Assembly (NCBI GenBank): GCA_934086315.1
Contig: CAKOHZ010000002.1
Coordinates: forward strand, 168,464-232,463
DNA length: 64,000 nt
Source: an uncultured Bacilli bacterium
GTDB lineage: Bacteria; Bacillota_I; Bacilli_A; RF39; UBA660
Direction of reading: 5' to 3'
The notes below the pieces were generated by a model, which worked only from the letters and a program-made list of their open reading frames with translations, was not told where the DNA came from and made no database searches. Position 1 is the stretch's first letter. Each line of letters starts with the position of its first letter. Made by a program: the position numbers and the translations under genes. Shown here piece after piece: positions 9,092 through 20,567 of the stretch.

Positions 9092-10237
9092 TTACTCACC
9101 TACTTTCTTACCACAATATGGACAAAATGCTGCATCATTTGGTAACTTTTTACCACAACTACTACACACACTACCAGTCATATTATTACCACATTTAATA
9201 CAAAATTTAGTACCACTAACATTTTCATATCCACAATTACTGCATACTGTAGAATTATCATTTTTAGTAAAAGCGCCAACCACATTTTTATTAACTGTAT
9301 CACTTACTTTTGATGAAACACTACTCATAACGCCAAGTCCTACTCCCATATTAGTAAATTGACCAACTGCATTATTAGAAGCCATTTTATCAAGAACATT
9401 ATATTGTCTTTCATCTTGATAACTATATCCTTCAGTTTCTCTTTTATGAGCTTTAGCTTCACTATCAATCTTTGTACTCTTAGCTTTAGTTTCTTCATCA
9501 ATTAATGTTACTTTTTGTCTTAATTGAGCTTCTGCTACTGCGACACTCTGTTTAAAATATAATTCTTTAAATTCAAGATATTGTTTATCATCTTCAGGTT
9601 TCATAACAGTAGTTACAAAGAATTTTTCAAGTTCAATACCAAACTCTTCAAAGTCGCTAGCAAGTAAATTTTTAAGTTCTTCACTAAACTCATTTAAATG
9701 ACTATCAATTTCAAATATACTTATTTCATTTTTATTAATAATTTTAGCAATATAAGATTTAACTTTAACAAGTATAAATGAACTAAAGAATTCATCAATA
9801 TTTTCCCCGTCAAAATTATCTTTAATACCAACTAATTTTAATAATAGTTTTCTTGAATCAACTACTTTAAATCTCATTTCTCCACAAGCACCTATTTGTA
9901 TAGGAAACTTATATGTTGGTTCTAAAAATTCAATTTTACTACTAGTACCCCATCTTGATGATTTAATAGACTTATCTATAAAGTATACTTCACAATGAAA
10001 TGGACTTTTACCACCTGTAGGTAAATTAATTAAATTTTTAAGTAGTGGTATGTTATTTGTTTCAAGTGTATATCTTCCTGAACCAAATAAATCTAATGCC
10101 TTTCCATCCTTATAAAGTATAGCTTCCTGTGATTCATGTACAATTAGTTGACTACTTGTATTAAAATCAGTTTTAGGATACTTCCACACAATATTTTCAT
10201 CATCTTTCTCTTTCTTTATTATTTCAAATAAAGCCAT
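9092..10237 (-). CDS. SPFH/band-7 domain protein with C-terminal double zinc ribbon (B. subtilis YdjI-like, Band_7_1 family).
   Basis: The N-terminal region (FEIIKKEKDDENIVWKYPK...SQLIVHESQEAILYKDGK...) resembles YdjI. The C-terminus carries CSNCG...CIKCG...CSSCG...CPYCG, four CxxC pairs. ATG at 10237 has an AGGTGA RBS, and the track start 10246 is a GTG. Confidence 0.65.
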   Translation of the reverse strand: MALFEIIKKEKDDENIVWKYPKTDFNTSSQLIVHESQEAILYKDGKALDLFGSGRYTLETNNIPLLKNLINLPTGGKSPFHCEVYFIDKSIKSSRWGTSSKIEFLEPTYKFPIQIGACGEMRFKVVDSRKLLLKLVGIKDNFDGENIDEFFSSFILVKVKSYIAKIINKNEISIFEIDSHLNEFSEELKNLLASDFEEFGIELEKFFVTTVMKPEDDKQYLEFKELYFKQSVAVAEAQLRQKVTLIDEETKAKSTKIDSEAKAHKRETEGYSYQDERQYNVLDKMASNNAVGQFTNMGVGLGVMSSVSSKVSDTVNKNVVGAFTKNDNSTVCSNCGYENVSGTKFCIKCGNNMTGSVCSSCGKKLPNDAAFCPYCGKKVGE

Positions 10238-10261
10238 AATATTCACCTTTCCTTTTCTATA

Positions 10262-12076
10262 TTATTCTTTCTCTAATACTTCAACATAATCTTTATTATC
10301 AAATTTACCACATATCCAACCATTAACTTCAAAACTTGTTTCTATATTATACCATATTTCACATAATCCATTTGAATCCTTTCTACTATCAAGAACATCA
10401 TATATTTCATCTTTTCTAACAATTCCTTTTGCATAATAATAAACATCATCATTACCTCTTATATTAATATGATCAACAATTACTTTAATTTGATCTATTG
10501 ATGTATCTCTATCATTTGATTGATTGGGAAGTGGTGAAGTATTTATAATAACACTAATAATTCCTATTATAATTGGTAATATGTAGAAGAATATATTTAA
10601 TATTTTTTTATCTTTTGGTATATAGTTTTCAGTAAACTCTTTATTGTTTTTTAATATTTCTTCTTTTTCTTCTTTAGTAACAACAAGTGGTACTTCTTTA
10701 ATTCCCCAAGAAGGCTTCATAAATAATAGTGCAATATTAAGTAAGATTATAATATATGTAACAAATGTAGCTGTATTACCAAAGTTATGAAGTTTTAAAA
10801 TAAATAATAATTCTAAAAACACATTAACTATATACATATATTTAGATATTTTATTTGATTTTCTACTAGCAAATCCTAGAAAAAATGCAATCGCAGTAAT
10901 TATACTAACTAATAATTGATATGAATAAAAATTTTTACCTTCACTAATTAAACTATAATTTTCCCCAAGATAATTATAATAACAATATCCACCATTTAAA
11001 AGAAGCATGCATCCTGCCATCAAAGCCGATAACACAAATGTAATTATTATATATGGAGTTGAACACTTATCTCTTTTTTCCAAAACATCATATCTTTTAG
11101 ATAATTCTTCTTGTTTTTCTCTTTCTTCTTCAAGCATCATTTGTTTGAATTTTTGATACATATCACTATCAATATCAGTAGATTTCTTATTAATGATTTT
11201 TCCTACTGCTGTAACTAAATCTTGCATAGAACCAACTTTATCTATACATAGTGCTTGTAACATTGAAAACTCTTCTGGTAATTCATAAGCATCCATCTTA
11301 CTATAAACTGGAATCAATACTTTTTTCTTTTTATTTTTTATTAAGTCTAAATATCTACTCCATTCATTTTTAACCCATACTGAATTTAAATTATCAGCAT
11401 TAGTACCTACTACTAACATAACCTTTGAACTATTAAGTGCTGAAAAGATATATGGTTCATATTCTTCACCAAGTTTATCAGCAAGAGTAATTCTAGCAAA
11501 GAAAACTTTATAATTTAAATCAGTTAATTTATTATATATATCTTGAGCAATAACACTATCAGGAGTTCTATCTCCATTTTTATCTCCTTCTTTATAACAA
11601 ATAAAGATATCATAATCTTCTTCATTATTAGAAATTTCAAGTGCTTTCTTTTGAATATTACTAATAGTTTTTGCTTCTTCTTTATATATTTTTAAAGCAT
11701 CTCCATAAGCCTTACTAATTATTATTTTATAATCAGAATCAGTTAAAACAGATTCATACTTTGTTCTATGACAAGTAATCATTTTCTTTTTAGTTTTTGG
11801 ATCATCTACATATTCAACACCATATCTACAAAGTATTAGTCCCCAATGAGCTTCTAACTGATTTTCATCTATTTCAAGTATAGTCTCATATACACCATAT
11901 GCTTTATCAAATTCATTTGATAGTCTTAAATTATTTGCCCTATTATATAAATTTAAAAGTTTTTCATTATCAACACTTGGTAGAGTCATAGTGCTTTTGC
12001 AATATAAACATTTACCTATATTAGTACCTTCAACTACTTCTATATCTCCACCACACATCTTACATTTAAAGACCAT
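10262..12076 (-). CDS. TIR-domain membrane protein with N-terminal zinc ribbon, helical hairpin, cytoplasmic TIR domain, five TM helices and an extracytoplasmic SH3b-like C-terminal domain.
   Basis: TIR motifs are DYDIFICYKEGDKNGDRTPDSVIAQDIYNKL, KVFFARITLADKLGEEYEPYIFSALNSSKVMLVVGTNADNLNSVWVKNEWSRYL. N-terminal CKMCGG...CLYCKS is a zinc ribbon. Five hydrophobic helices precede ...DHINIRGNDDVYYYAKGIVRKDEIYDVL...NGWICGKF, which is SH3b-like. GGAGG sits 8 nt upstream of ATG at 12076. Confidence 0.65.
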   Translation of the reverse strand: MVFKCKMCGGDIEVVEGTNIGKCLYCKSTMTLPSVDNEKLLNLYNRANNLRLSNEFDKAYGVYETILEIDENQLEAHWGLILCRYGVEYVDDPKTKKKMITCHRTKYESVLTDSDYKIIISKAYGDALKIYKEEAKTISNIQKKALEISNNEEDYDIFICYKEGDKNGDRTPDSVIAQDIYNKLTDLNYKVFFARITLADKLGEEYEPYIFSALNSSKVMLVVGTNADNLNSVWVKNEWSRYLDLIKNKKKKVLIPVYSKMDAYELPEEFSMLQALCIDKVGSMQDLVTAVGKIINKKSTDIDSDMYQKFKQMMLEEEREKQEELSKRYDVLEKRDKCSTPYIIITFVLSALMAGCMLLLNGGYCYYNYLGENYSLISEGKNFYSYQLLVSIITAIAFFLGFASRKSNKISKYMYIVNVFLELLFILKLHNFGNTATFVTYIIILLNIALLFMKPSWGIKEVPLVVTKEEKEEILKNNKEFTENYIPKDKKILNIFFYILPIIIGIISVIINTSPLPNQSNDRDTSIDQIKVIVDHINIRGNDDVYYYAKGIVRKDEIYDVLDSRKDSNGLCEIWYNIETSFEVNGWICGKFDNKDYVEVLEKE

Positions 12077-12131
12077 TGTTACTGCCTCCATACTAAACAT
12101 ATTTTACCATAGATGCATTTATACTTCAATT

Positions 12132-12443
12132 CTAACTAAATGAAATTTTATTGTTTACGTTGATTTTTCTTTCTTCTAATATTGTATCCATAAGTTCATC
12201 AAATTCATAAAACATATCTTCGAGTGTCCACATTAAATCTTCTTTTTGATAATCTATACATTCATACATAAAATCACTTATATCTGCACAGCTATATTTA
12301 AAGTCTAATTTATATACATTTTTATAATTAACATATTGATAATATTGACCTACTAAATCACCTAAATATTTTTTTGCTTCATTTTTTATTTCTTTATCAC
12401 TACATATATTAATAACATAAAAAAAAGAAAACGCATTAAGCAT
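12132..12443 (-). CDS. Small acidic hypothetical protein (about 104 aa) between rpoC and the TIR gene. The start overlaps the rpoC stop.
   Basis: Open frame. The likely ATG at 12443-12441 overlaps the rpoC TAA (ATGCTTAA). There is no convincing RBS and the protein is D/E-rich. It may be real and co-transcribed, or spurious. Confidence 0.3.
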   Translation of the reverse strand: MLNAFSFFYVINICSDKEIKNEAKKYLGDLVGQYYQYVNYKNVYKLDFKYSCADISDFMYECIDYQKEDLMWTLEDMFYEFDELMDTILEERKINVNNKISFS

Positions 12444-15400
12444 TTTCTTCTTCACTATCTTCATGAGTTGTTTCAGCCATTGCATCTACAACATCTTCAT
12501 TTTTATCATCAGATAAGAATTTTTCTTCTAGTACTTCAGCAGCATCATCATCTAAAAGTTCATTTTTTAAGATAACTTCGATATTGTTGTATTGTTTAGC
12601 ACCTGTACCAGCAGGAATTAATTTACCTAAGATAACGTTTTCTTTAAGTCCATGTAACATATCCATCTTACCACGAGTAGCAGCATCAGTTAAGATTCTT
12701 GTAGTTTCTTGGAATGATGCAGCTGATAAGAATGAATCAGTTTCTAATGAAGCCTTAGTTATACCTAACATAATTGGTTTTCCAGTAGCTGGAACTCCAC
12801 CTGATAAGATAACTGGTTTATTGATTTCAGCAAATTCTCTTAGAGGAACTGTAAGTCCTTCAATTAAATTTGTATCTCCTGGATCAACAACTTTAATCTT
12901 AGTAATCATTCTTCTAACAACTGTTTCAACATGTTTATCTGAAACATCAACACCTTGACTCTTATAAACTTTTTGAATTTCTTTTAAGATGTAACCTTGT
13001 ACTGTAGTTGGGTCAGTAACAGCAAGTAATTCTTTTGGAGAAATACTTCCTTCTGTTAATGGATCTCCAGCATTTACAACATCACCCTTTTCAACTCTAA
13101 GTTTAGCATTGTATTGAGTAACATGTTCACGAGTTTCAACATCGTTAGTAATATATATTTTAAATCTATTGTTCTTATCATCAGTAATCTTAGTAATCTT
13201 ACCATTGATTTCAGCGATAGTAGCTTTAGCTTTAGGAATACGAGCTTCGAAAAGTTCTTCAACTCTTGGAAGACCTTGAGTGATATCTGCAGCTGATGCA
13301 ACACCACCTGTATGGAATGTACGCATTGTTAATTGTGTACCTGGCTCACCTATTGATTGAGCAGCCATAATACCAGTAGCTTCACCTACTTCTACTAAGT
13401 TACCAGTAGCAAGGTTAAGTCCATAACATTTTTGACATACACCATTAGTACACTTACAAGTAAGTACACTTCTGATTTCCATCTTAGTAATTCCAGCTTT
13501 TTCTATCTTATCAGCAATCTTTTCAGTAATTAAAGCTCCCTTATCAACTAATACTTCTTTAGTTTCAGGATTTAATACTTTTTGATTTGAGAAACGACCT
13601 GTTATTCTATCTTTAAAGCTTTCAATAACAGCTCCACTCTTTTCATCAGTAAATGCTTCAACTTCAATACCTTGAATAGTTCCACAATCTTCTTCACGTA
13701 CAATTATATCTTGTACAACATCAACTAAACGTCTTGTTAAGTAACCTGCATCAGCAGTTTTAAGAGCTGTATCGGCAGTTCCTTTTCTAGAACCATGTGT
13801 TGATAAGAAGAATTCTTGAACGTCTAATCCTTCACGGAATGAAGCTAAGATTGGAATTTCTACTTGACCACCATCTGGTTTAGCCATAATACCACGCATA
13901 CCAGCAAGTTGTCCTAATTGGTTTGCAGAACCTCTGGCTCCAGAGTTAATAATCATTGATAATGGATTTTCTACATCTTGTTTTAGTAATTCACCTAATT
14001 TACCTTGAACATTATTTGTAGCATCTGTCCATAATTTAATAACTTTATTATGTCTTTCTTCATCAGTTATAAGACCACGTTTAAATTGCTTATTGATTTT
14101 TTCAATTGTTGCATTTGTTTCAGCTATAATAGCTTCTTTTTCATGGTTAACTGGTATATCAGAAAGTGAAATAGTTATACCAGATTTAGTACTATATTTA
14201 AATCCTAAATCTTTTAATTTATCTAAGAAAATTGATGTTTCTGTAGTTTTATATCTCTTAAATATTTGAGCAATTATTTTTCCTAAATCTTTTTTAATTA
14301 AAGCAGGAATTAAAGGTAATTTAGCAACTTCTTCTGGAAGATTCTTACCTTTTTCAATAAAGAACTTATCAGGAGTCATAACTTCAATATTTTCTTTACT
14401 TCCTTCATTAATATAAGGATAAGTATCTGGGAATATTTCATTGAATATTATTTTACCAGCAGTTGTTACTATATATTTATCTTTTTGCTCATCAGTCCAA
14501 ACTTTATGTTTAAACTCCTTAGTTGGAATACATACTCTAGTATGAAGAGTAATATCACGTCTTTCATAAGCCATTAATACTTCATTTGGATCTTTATAAG
14601 CTTTACCTTCATTAGGTTCACCAGCTAATTCTAATGTTAAATAATAGTTACCTAGAACCATATCTTGAGATGGTGTAACAATTGGTTTTCCATCTTTTGG
14701 ATCAAGGATGTTATTAGCACCTAACATTAATAATCTAGCTTCAGCTTGAGCTTCTTCACTAATTGGAATATGAATAGCCATTTGATCACCATCGAAGTCA
14801 GCATTGAATCCACTACAAACTAGTGGGTGTAATCTTAATGCTTTACCACTAACTAAAACTGGTTCGAATGCTTGAATAGAAAGTCTATGTAGTGTTGGAG
14901 CACGGTTTAATAATACTGGATGTTCACGAATAACATCTTCTACTACATCCCATACTCTTTCATCCTGTACATCTATTATCTTCTTAGCAGCTTTAATATT
15001 ATGAGCTATTCCTCTTTCAACTAATTGTTGCATAACATATGGTTTGAATAATTCAAGAGCCATATCTTTAGGTACACCACATTGATACATTTTAAGACTA
15101 GGTCCTACTACGATAACTGAACGACCACTATAGTCAACACGTTTACCTAATAGGTTTTGTCTAAATCTACCTTGTTTACCTTTTAACATTGAAGATAATG
15201 ATTTAAGTGGTCTATTTCCTACACCAGAAACACTTCTACCACGTCTTCCATTATCAATTAAAGCATCTACTGCTTCTTGAAGCATACGTTTTTCATTTTG
15301 AACAATGATTGTTGGAGCTTCAAGTTCTAATAATTTTTTAAGACGATTATTTCTATTAATAATTCTTCTATATAAATCATTTAAATCTGAAGTAGCAAAT

Positions 15401-16143
15401 CTTCCTCCTGGAAGTTGAATCATAGGTCTTAAATCTGGTGGTATTACTGGAAGTACATCTAGTATCATCCATTCAGGTCTTTGACCACTTTCAAGGAATG
15501 AATTTAAACAGTCAAGTCTCTTAACTAATCTAATTTTCTTTTGTCCTTGAGCTTTTTCTACTTCTTTCTTTAATTCTTCTACTTCTTTTTCAAGATCAAC
15601 TTCAGTAAGTAATTGTTTAATTGCTTCAGCACCCATACCTACTTTGAATTCATCACCATATTTTTCATAATATGCTCTGTATTCTTTATCAGATAATGTT
15701 TGCTTTTTAGCAAGAGGTGCAATTCCTGGATCAAGTACTATATAACTAACGAAATATAATACTTCTTCAAGTTCACGAGGACTAATATCAAGTACAAGTC
15801 CCATTTTAGGAGGTACACCTTTTGCATACCAAATGTGGCTAACAGGACTAGCAAGTTCAATATGTCCCATTCTTTCTCTACGTACTTTAGCACGTGTTAC
15901 TTCTACACCACATCTATCACAAATAACATTTTTATATCTTAATCTTTTATATTTTTTACAACTACATTCAAAGTCTTTAGTTGGACCAAATATCTTTTCA
16001 CAGAAAAGTCCATCTCTTTCAGGGTTTAAAGTTCTGTAGTTAATAGTTTCTGGTTTCTTAACTTCACCATAAGACCATTCACGAATCTTTTCAGGAGAAG
16101 CTATACCAATACGAATTCCATCAAATTCATTAACTTCCATCAT
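12436..16143 (-). CDS. rpoC: DNA-directed RNA polymerase subunit beta'.
   Basis: 1235 aa. Canonical beta' motifs include [10 protein letters not shown] (the catalytic DFDGD) and zinc-binding Cys clusters. The start overlaps the rpoB stop. Confidence 0.97.
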   Translation of the reverse strand: MMEVNEFDGIRIGIASPEKIREWSYGEVKKPETINYRTLNPERDGLFCEKIFGPTKDFECSCKKYKRLRYKNVICDRCGVEVTRAKVRRERMGHIELASPVSHIWYAKGVPPKMGLVLDISPRELEEVLYFVSYIVLDPGIAPLAKKQTLSDKEYRAYYEKYGDEFKVGMGAEAIKQLLTEVDLEKEVEELKKEVEKAQGQKKIRLVKRLDCLNSFLESGQRPEWMILDVLPVIPPDLRPMIQLPGGRFATSDLNDLYRRIINRNNRLKKLLELEAPTIIVQNEKRMLQEAVDALIDNGRRGRSVSGVGNRPLKSLSSMLKGKQGRFRQNLLGKRVDYSGRSVIVVGPSLKMYQCGVPKDMALELFKPYVMQQLVERGIAHNIKAAKKIIDVQDERVWDVVEDVIREHPVLLNRAPTLHRLSIQAFEPVLVSGKALRLHPLVCSGFNADFDGDQMAIHIPISEEAQAEARLLMLGANNILDPKDGKPIVTPSQDMVLGNYYLTLELAGEPNEGKAYKDPNEVLMAYERRDITLHTRVCIPTKEFKHKVWTDEQKDKYIVTTAGKIIFNEIFPDTYPYINEGSKENIEVMTPDKFFIEKGKNLPEEVAKLPLIPALIKKDLGKIIAQIFKRYKTTETSIFLDKLKDLGFKYSTKSGITISLSDIPVNHEKEAIIAETNATIEKINKQFKRGLITDEERHNKVIKLWTDATNNVQGKLGELLKQDVENPLSMIINSGARGSANQLGQLAGMRGIMAKPDGGQVEIPILASFREGLDVQEFFLSTHGSRKGTADTALKTADAGYLTRRLVDVVQDIIVREEDCGTIQGIEVEAFTDEKSGAVIESFKDRITGRFSNQKVLNPETKEVLVDKGALITEKIADKIEKAGITKMEIRSVLTCKCTNGVCQKCYGLNLATGNLVEVGEATGIMAAQSIGEPGTQLTMRTFHTGGVASAADITQGLPRVEELFEARIPKAKATIAEINGKITKITDDKNNRFKIYITNDVETREHVTQYNAKLRVEKGDVVNAGDPLTEGSISPKELLAVTDPTTVQGYILKEIQKVYKSQGVDVSDKHVETVVRRMITKIKVVDPGDTNLIEGLTVPLREFAEINKPVILSGGVPATGKPIMLGITKASLETDSFLSAASFQETTRILTDAATRGKMDMLHGLKENVILGKLIPAGTGAKQYNNIEVILKNELLDDDAAEVLEEKFLSDDKNEDVVDAMAETTHEDSEEENA

Positions 16144-19100
16144 TATTCTTCACCCCTTTCATAAGCATCTTCTTGATAGTCATCAAGACCATACTCTTCT
16201 TCATATTCAAGATCTTCATCAGTTGGTTCTAAATCTTCATCTTCATCTTCATCTTCATCTTGAACATCTTCATAATCAGATTCATCTGTATTATCACTTT
16301 CAGTATCTTCTACTTTACTAATTTCTTCAATTGATACTGGAGTGTCTTCTTTATCTTCATCATCTTCAAGTTCTTTAACATCTTTTAGTGATCCATCTTT
16401 ATTAACTATTTGAATATCTAAACCTAATGCTTGGAATTCTTTAATTAATACTCTAAATGATTCTGGAACACCTGGTGTTGGGATTGGTTTACCTTTAACT
16501 AATGCCTCATATACTCTAACTCTTCCAACCACATCATCAGATTTAATTGTAAGAACTTCTTGTAAGATATGAGCAGCACCATAAGCATATAATGCCCAAA
16601 CTTCCATTTCTCCAAATCTTTGACCACCAAATTGAGCTTTACCACCTAAAGGTTGTTGTGTAACCATACTATAAGGTCCTGTAGCACGAGCATGAATCTT
16701 ATCATCAACCATGTGTACAAGTCTTATCATATACATGACACCAACAGATACTCTCTTATCGAATCTTTCACCAGTACGTCCATCATATAACCAAGTCTTA
16801 TAGTCAGGGTCAAGTCCAGCTTCAGCTACTTCTTCTTGAATATCTTTTTCAGTAGCACTATCGAATATTGGTGTAGCATAATGAACACCTAATTTCTTAC
16901 CAGCCATACCTAAGTGTAACTCTAAGATTTGTCCTAAGTTCATACGAGAAGGAACACCTAGTGGGTTTAAGATTACATCTACTGGAGTACCATCTGGTAA
17001 ATATGGCATATCTTCTGAAGGAAGAATTAATGAACAAACACCCTTGTTTCCGTGACGTCCAGCCATCTTATCTCCAACTTGAATCTTTCTCTTCTTAACT
17101 ATATATACACGAACTACTTTTGAAACTCCAGCAGGAAGTTCATCAGAGTTTTCTTTAGTGAATATTTGAACGTCGTGTACAATTCCTGAACATCCGTGGC
17201 TAACACGAAGTGACGTATCACGAACTTCACGAGTCTTTTCACCAAAGATTGCGTGTAATAATTTTTCTTCACTTGATAATTCTTGCATTCCTTTAGGAGT
17301 AACTTTACCAACAAGAATATCATTTTCTTTTATTTCAGTACCAATTCTTACTATACCATTTTCATCTAAATTCTTACGAGCATCTTCACTAATATTTGGA
17401 ATATCTCTTGTGAATTCTTCTGGTCCAAGTTTAGTATCACGGCACTCTATTTCTTTCATTTCAATGTGAACTGATGTAAGAACATCATCACGAACTATTC
17501 TTTCATTTAGAATAACTGCATCTTCATAGTTATAACCATTATAAGTCATGAATGCTACAACTAAGTTTTTACCTAAACCTATTTCTCCTTTATCAGTAGA
17601 AGGTCCATCAGCAATTATTTCTCCTTTATGAACTTGTTCACCTTTCTTAACGATTGGTCTTTGATTATAACAAGTTTCATTATTACTTCTTTGATAACTA
17701 ACTAGTTCATAAGTATGTTTTTCTTCTAAACCTTTAACTATGATCTTTTTAGCATCAACATATTCTACTACACCATCTAAGTCGCATACTACTGAACAAC
17801 CAGAATCACGAGCTATAGCAGCTTCTACTCCAGTTCCTACAATAGGAGCTTCTGTAATCATTAGTGGTACAGCTTGTCTTTGCATGTTTGCACCCATTAG
17901 TGTACGGTTAGCATCATCATGTTCCATAAATGGAATCATACTTGTTGTAACAGATACAATTTGTGATGGTGAAACATCTATATAATCTACCTTCTCACGA
18001 GGAACGATCATATTATCTTTATTATATCTAACTGGAACTGTTTCAGAACTTATATAGCCATTATCATCTACATCAATTGTAGCTTGACTAATGTAATAAT
18101 CTTCTTCTTCATCAGCAGTCATATATACTATTTCATCAGTTATTTTATTATCAACAACTTTTCTATATGGAGTCATTATAAATCCATATTCATTAATTCT
18201 AGCATAACTAGCAAGTGATGTAATAAGTCCAATGTTTTGACCTTCTGGAGTCTCAATAGGACAAATTCTACCATAGTGAGATGGGTTAACATCACGAACT
18301 TCCATACCAGCTCTATCTCTTGATAAACCACCTGGACCTAAAGCACTAAGTCTACGTTTATCATTTAATTCTGATAATGGGTTTATTTGATCCATGAATT
18401 TAGAAAGTTGACTGCTACCAAAGAATTCTTTTAAAGAAGCAGTAACCGGTCTAATATTAATTAATGATTTTGGAGTAACAGCATCAATCTCTTGAGTAGA
18501 CATCTTATCTCTAATTTGTCTTTCCATACGTGCTATACCAATTCTAAATTGATTTTGAATTAATTCTCCAACTTGTCTTACACGTCTATTTCCTAAGTGA
18601 TCTATTTCATCATACTTACCAACACCATATAATAAACAAATATAATATGAAAGTGATGCATAAACATCAGAAATAGTTAATCTCTTAGTATCAATAGTTT
18701 GATCATTACCAATAATCTTAATAACTTTTTCATCTTCATCATTAGAATATACAAGAACTTCTTGAATCTTATTGTATGTATCTAATTCTTCATTAATAGT
18801 TACTTCTTTTACTCCATATCCATTTTCAAAATATGGTTTAATATTTTCAAGAATATCTTTAGTAATTACTGTACCTTTTTTAACAATAACTTCTCCATCG
18901 ATTTCTATATCTTGAGCTATTTTAGCATTTAGAAGTCTATCTAATACATTAAGTTTTTTATTAAATTTATATCTACCAACTTTACCTAAATCATATCTAA
19001 ATTTATCAAAGAATCTAACGATTAATTGGTTTTTAGCAGAATCTAATGTAGCTGGTTCACCTGGTCTTAATTTTTCATATATTTCAATTAATGCTTCATC

Positions 19101-19787
19101 AGTATTCTTAGTAGAATCTTTTTCTAAAGTATTAATTAAATATTCATCTTGACCAAATAATTCTAAAATTTCATCGTCACTTGAAAGTCCTAAAGCTCTT
19201 AATAATGTAGTAACAGGAACTTTACGAGTTCTATCTATTCTTACATATAAGATTCCTCTAGCATCAAGTTCATATTCAAGCCAAGTACCTTTATTAGGTC
19301 TTACTTCACTTGTAATGATATTTCTACCACTCTTATCTACTTCATTCTTGTAATAACAAGATGGTCCCATAACAAGTTGTGAGTTAATAACTCTCTCTGC
19401 TCCATTAATTATGAATGAACCAGTATCAGTCATTAAAGGCATATCACCTAAGAATACTTCTTGTTCCTTAACTTCACCAGTCTCATTAATAAATAATCTA
19501 GCTTTTACTTTTAAAGGTGCAGAATATGTAACTTTTCTTTCACGACTTTCTTTAACAGAATATTTAGGCTCATCAAAATAATAATCACCAAATTCTAGTG
19601 ATAATGAACCAGAAAAACTTTCAACAGGAAAAATATCCTCAAATACTTCCTTGATTCCTTCCTTTAAAAATAAGTCAAATGAACTTTTCTGAATTTCTAA
19701 TAAATTAGAAAGTTCTAGCGTACTACGCTTTGTTGAGAAACTTCTTCTTTCTCTATGGTCACCAAATTTTACTGTTTTGTATGCCAC
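16143..19787 (-). CDS. rpoB: DNA-directed RNA polymerase subunit beta, with an acidic D/E-rich C-terminal extension.
   Basis: 1214 aa with beta-subunit conserved blocks (rifampicin-cluster region, [12 protein letters not shown], etc.). The C-terminal roughly 90 aa are extremely acidic ([20 protein letters not shown]). Confidence 0.97.
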   Translation of the reverse strand: MAYKTVKFGDHRERRSFSTKRSTLELSNLLEIQKSSFDLFLKEGIKEVFEDIFPVESFSGSLSLEFGDYYFDEPKYSVKESRERKVTYSAPLKVKARLFINETGEVKEQEVFLGDMPLMTDTGSFIINGAERVINSQLVMGPSCYYKNEVDKSGRNIITSEVRPNKGTWLEYELDARGILYVRIDRTRKVPVTTLLRALGLSSDDEILELFGQDEYLINTLEKDSTKNTDEALIEIYEKLRPGEPATLDSAKNQLIVRFFDKFRYDLGKVGRYKFNKKLNVLDRLLNAKIAQDIEIDGEVIVKKGTVITKDILENIKPYFENGYGVKEVTINEELDTYNKIQEVLVYSNDEDEKVIKIIGNDQTIDTKRLTISDVYASLSYYICLLYGVGKYDEIDHLGNRRVRQVGELIQNQFRIGIARMERQIRDKMSTQEIDAVTPKSLINIRPVTASLKEFFGSSQLSKFMDQINPLSELNDKRRLSALGPGGLSRDRAGMEVRDVNPSHYGRICPIETPEGQNIGLITSLASYARINEYGFIMTPYRKVVDNKITDEIVYMTADEEEDYYISQATIDVDDNGYISSETVPVRYNKDNMIVPREKVDYIDVSPSQIVSVTTSMIPFMEHDDANRTLMGANMQRQAVPLMITEAPIVGTGVEAAIARDSGCSVVCDLDGVVEYVDAKKIIVKGLEEKHTYELVSYQRSNNETCYNQRPIVKKGEQVHKGEIIADGPSTDKGEIGLGKNLVVAFMTYNGYNYEDAVILNERIVRDDVLTSVHIEMKEIECRDTKLGPEEFTRDIPNISEDARKNLDENGIVRIGTEIKENDILVGKVTPKGMQELSSEEKLLHAIFGEKTREVRDTSLRVSHGCSGIVHDVQIFTKENSDELPAGVSKVVRVYIVKKRKIQVGDKMAGRHGNKGVCSLILPSEDMPYLPDGTPVDVILNPLGVPSRMNLGQILELHLGMAGKKLGVHYATPIFDSATEKDIQEEVAEAGLDPDYKTWLYDGRTGERFDKRVSVGVMYMIRLVHMVDDKIHARATGPYSMVTQQPLGGKAQFGGQRFGEMEVWALYAYGAAHILQEVLTIKSDDVVGRVRVYEALVKGKPIPTPGVPESFRVLIKEFQALGLDIQIVNKDGSLKDVKELEDDEDKEDTPVSIEEISKVEDTESDNTDESDYEDVQDEDEDEDEDLEPTDEDLEYEEEYGLDDYQEDAYERGEE

Positions 19788-19922
19788 TTTTTCACCCCAA
19801 TCCTAAATTTTTAAAGAACACAAATTTTAAAAATAAAACAAATGTACTGCAATATAAAATTTTACCACACTCTATTTCAATAAGTCAATTATTTTTTATT
19901 AAAAATGTCAAGCAATTTTATA

Positions 19923-20510
19923 TTATTTTACTTTAAATATAAAGTAACCTTTATCTTTGTTAATTATTTCTACTTTTCTTTGCTCTTCAAGAATCTTCTT
20001 TATTGATAAAGCACCTTGATCTTTACGAATAACGAAATATAATGTTCCATCACTCTCTAAATGATCAAAAGCACCCTCTAAAATCTCTAATAATTTAGTT
20101 TTACCTACTCTAATTGGTGGATTAGTAATAATTACATTGTATTTATTTTTAATATTTGAATATGCATCACTTATAAATGCACTTCCATTAAACTTAGGAT
20201 AACGTTTAATATTTCTATTTGTTAGATGGACAGCTCTTTTATTTACATCAATCATATCTACATATGAATTTGTAAGAACACTTACTACTATTCCTATAAA
20301 TCCATAACCACAGCCAACGTCTAATACATTAACATTAGTTATGTTCTCTTTTAGATATGTTTCTAATAATAATTTACTTCCATAATCGACATTCTTTTTA
20401 CTAAACACACCATTATCGCTATAAAACGTGAAAAAAGAAGAATCATATTTATAACTTAATTCTCTAATTTCACTCTTTAAGTTCATATCATTTTCGAAAT
20501 AATGACTCAT
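19923..20510 (-). CDS. ybxB: Class I SAM-dependent methyltransferase, YbxB/RsmC-like, at the conserved position between rplL and rpoB.
   Basis: Motif I VLDVGCGYGFIG and motif IV ITNPPIRVGK. Overall it is collinear with B. subtilis YbxB (TFYSDNGVFSKKNVDYGS, ...KDKGYFIFKVK). Confidence 0.75.
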   Translation of the reverse strand: MSHYFENDMNLKSEIRELSYKYDSSFFTFYSDNGVFSKKNVDYGSKLLLETYLKENITNVNVLDVGCGYGFIGIVVSVLTNSYVDMIDVNKRAVHLTNRNIKRYPKFNGSAFISDAYSNIKNKYNVIITNPPIRVGKTKLLEILEGAFDHLESDGTLYFVIRKDQGALSIKKILEEQRKVEIINKDKGYFIFKVK

Positions 20511-20520
20511 ACAATTCTCC

Positions 20521-20546
20521 TTCTCTTATATACGCAAAAAAGCCTT
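20521..20546 (-). terminator. Attenuator or terminator hairpin between rplL and ybxB-rpoB.
   Basis: Minus strand AGCCTTgttaaAAGGCT followed by TTTTTGCG. This is the classic position of the rplL-rpoB attenuator. Confidence 0.4.
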
Positions 20547-20567
20547 TTAACAAGGCTCATAGTTAAA

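Noticed and set aside
9090-10246. Track start positions for several ORFs, including 9099, 10246, 48260, 49850 and 24517, whose first 'M' is actually GTG or TTG.
   Set aside because: In each case an in-frame ATG a few codons downstream has a proper AGGTGA/GGAGG Shine-Dalgarno at 5-9 nt. The extended starts do not. Starts were trimmed to 9090, 10237, 48251, 49841 and 24496. The trimming also reveals canonical prepilin leaders, MKNKKG|F and MRNRNG|F.
12584-17985. Several 60-124 aa ORFs in the track embedded in or antisense to rpoB and rpoC, namely 12584-12958, 13074-13307, 13114-13296, 15833-16039, 17114-17323 and 17740-17985.
   Set aside because: They lie entirely inside highly conserved RNAP coding sequence on the opposite strand or in the wrong frame. 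They have low-complexity translations and no RBS, and are typical AT-rich spurious ORFs. The same reasoning applies to other short ORFs nested in ffh, leuS, the GH31 gene, recD2, the YfhO gene, the pilin genes and the TasA-like genes.
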